Positions 57,001 to 60,000 of a DNA stretch of 64,000 bases are shown here, one piece after another; the first letter of the stretch is position 1, and each line of letters opens with the position of its first letter. Origin of the DNA: an uncultured Planctomycetales bacterium (lineage in GTDB: Bacteria > Omnitrophota > Gorgyraeia > Zapsychrales > Fredricksoniimonadaceae); contig CAZACW010000001.1 in NCBI GenBank assembly GCA_964483785.1, forward strand, positions 50,967 to 114,966, in the 5' to 3' direction. The notes under the pieces were generated by a model that saw only the letters and a list, made by a program, of their open reading frames with translations, searched no databases and was not told the DNA's origin. The position numbers and the translations under genes are program-made.

Positions 57001-60000
57001 GCATCCGTATAAATGGGCACAGGCTCATTATTCTGGTCGAGATTGACGATGGCCCCTTCTCCCGGAGCCAGGGACCCTGATTTGCCGTAAGCTGATAACG
57101 TCACATAAGAGTTCTTTGAAGTCTCGTCTGTCCAAGTATAATCTTTGGCCTTGTCGAGTTTATAATACGTCGGCTGGGCAAACGGCAGGGCAAAGGCCAC
57201 AACTCCGGTCAAATTGGTGGCCGCGACGATATCAGCCTGTTCCAATTGATTGCTCAAATAATTGATATTGTATCCCTGCTCGCCGATGGAATGGGATTGA
57301 AACAAGGAAAGGACAAATTGGTCATGCAAGTCTTGATCGGAAGGCGCCGGTGTGAAGGTCAGGATTCCCGGTGAAATAAGCCCGCCGATGGTGTGGCCGT
57401 CGCCGGATTTAAATTGCGTGATGACATTGGCCCTGTTCTTGTTCATGGCGTCCCATTGGCTGTCCAGGGAAGCCGCCCAATTAGCGGTGATACCGCTCAT
57501 CTGGTCCAAGGTATCTGATAAATTGACAAAATTTTCGATCGTGGGATTTCTTGTATATTCATCGATCAAAGGGACTCCGTTGATGCCGGCAAAAAATGGA
57601 ATTATAGTCGAAGGCGCCGGTGATCCTGTCATAGTCGTCAACGTAGCTAATCCATTGTTTGTTCCGTTTAAAGCCACGGACGGACTTAATCCTGAGACCG
57701 GAACACCTAAGGCCAGTTGAAATCTGTTCCACCAGGTATTGTTGGGGGCCTGGACATTTTCTCCATTGACAGAGGCCTGGATACCCGCTGACAAAACGCT
57801 TGAGGCGGCCATGACAATGGCCTGATATTGGGCCAATTGATAGGTGTAATTATAGGAATAGCCCGGATTGTTGGCCGCCTTCTCAGGATCGTACCTGCCC
57901 ACAATGCTGTTGGCCATCAGGCCCAGGCCAAATCCGATCAGGGCCTTGGTCAGGGCCGGGGCCATTTCTTTGAGCAAGCGATTACTGGACTCAGGCTGGG
58001 GCGGGCCGTAATATTTGTCGTATTGATACAGGGCGAAAGTTGTGGCAAGGCCGCTGACCCCGAGTCCGATCGCGCTGGAAAGCCCATTATTGGCTTTGAC
58101 GCCGGCTGACGAAGCAAGTAATCTTGCCCCCATGCCGGCCAATTGGCCGGCGAGCATAGGCAGAAGAGACGAGGCCGCGCTGTTCAAAATATTTTGCAGG
58201 ACTGTTGAATTGGCCTGCGCGATGACCCTGTCGATGGTCCTGTCGATGATACTGCCCGGAGTATTTCCAGCGCCGTTGAAAACGATCTTGCCTTCTGGCG
58301 TGATGCTTATATTGGAAGCATTAAGAGAGACACCGGCTTTGGCTGCTTGGGCGACTACGTATTGAATCATCCCGTTTTGATAAATACCCTTGGAAGCGTT
58401 GAGGGCCGCGTTCTGGGCATCAGCAGGTGAGAGTCCTTGGGCCACGGCATTGGTATAGGCTGCTTGGGCCGTTGAGTTGTGATCGATAAAGGTCGATGCC
58501 GCTTCCTCTGGTGTAATGCTGGCGGCGACAGTGCTGTTAGAATTAACGACGGCCGTGGCGACCCTTGAATCCATCGCCACCGCACCGGTTGGGTCAAGGG
58601 GCGGCAAAGGCAAATTGGGATCAAGGGATGGCGCCGCTGCTTCGGGATGCAAGGAGTAATAGGCGTTGACCGCGGTCGTCGCGCAACTTGGGCATTGGTT
58701 CGATAAAACCATGGCCTGGGCCTTGCCGACCTCCAGCTGAACATCGCTGTTGATAGCAGCCTGTCCTGCTTGCTGCGCCATGGTATGGGACAAGATGCCT
58801 TCAATCCCCTTTTCCACGATATCAACTGTTACTGAAGCCACCTTGGTGGCCACCACATCCGCAATAACCAATATCCCCTGCGAGAGGATCTGCGCCGTAT
58901 CACTGCATGGCTTGCCCGGCGGACAGAATGCATTGTTGACTACCTTGACCAATTCAAGTTCAACCACGCCCTTGACCGCGCCAATCACCAGACCTTTGGC
59001 AAAGCGGCCGGCAAAGGTGCTGAAGAAGCCGCTGCTGGCTGTTGATGCGGCGGGCGGCGGTGTCGGTGTTGGAGGAGGGGTTGAAGCCCCCGCCCCTTGG
59101 GCCCCTCCAGCCGCGGCCTGCTGGGCGTTGGTAGATGTATTGCTGGTGCCGCTTAAAAAATCACCGATTGGTTTAATGATATTGGTTTGGATCCAATTCC
59201 ATGCCTGGTCAAAAGCGTTTTGGATGGGCGTGATGATATTGGTGTTGATCCAGGACCCGATGCTGTTGGAAGCATTTTGAAGAGGCGCGACGATATTGTT
59301 TGCTATCCATGACCCCACATTGCCCGCCACCGAGGCCCCGGTCTCTATAGATCCCGCGGCTTCTGTGCCGGAGACTGCAGTGTCCCAAGTGCCGCTGTCT
59401 ACGTACCCGCTGCTGTCCACACTGCCGGTCTGTTCAAACGTCACTGAGTCGCCCCAACTGCCTGTATCAACATATCCCCCACCGCCCCCGCTTGCACCGC
59501 CGACGCCGCCCAACGCTACGCTAGCCGCGACTGTAATCGCCGTAGACAAAATAAAGGCCTCATCCGGACTGCAGGCCTTGTTCATCACGCAGATGGTGGC
59601 CAAATTCTGCAAAAGCTGGCTCAGGGTAAGGATAAAAATGGCTTTGACCATCCCGACCACGCAGCCGGCAGGCCCGCCCATTAAACAGCCTATGACGATC
59701 GAGACAACTATCATCACCAGCTGCAGTGCGATCTGACTGCCGGACATCAGCCCCGGCAGGCTTTGGGAAAGGTCGCGCCATTTATCGCCCCAGACAAAGG
59801 CTTGCAGAGCTTCCGGAACTTTTTGGTATTGGATTCTTGTTTTTGCATCAACGGCGCTGAATACAAAACCATCCGCCCTTTTAATAAAATCCTTCGCATC
59901 CACAATGCGCGGATAATCCAGGTCCGTGTAATAGACCTTGCCGCCCGCGGCTTTTTCCACATTCACAAAATGTTCATCTTTAAAGTGCGCGATGAAAGGT

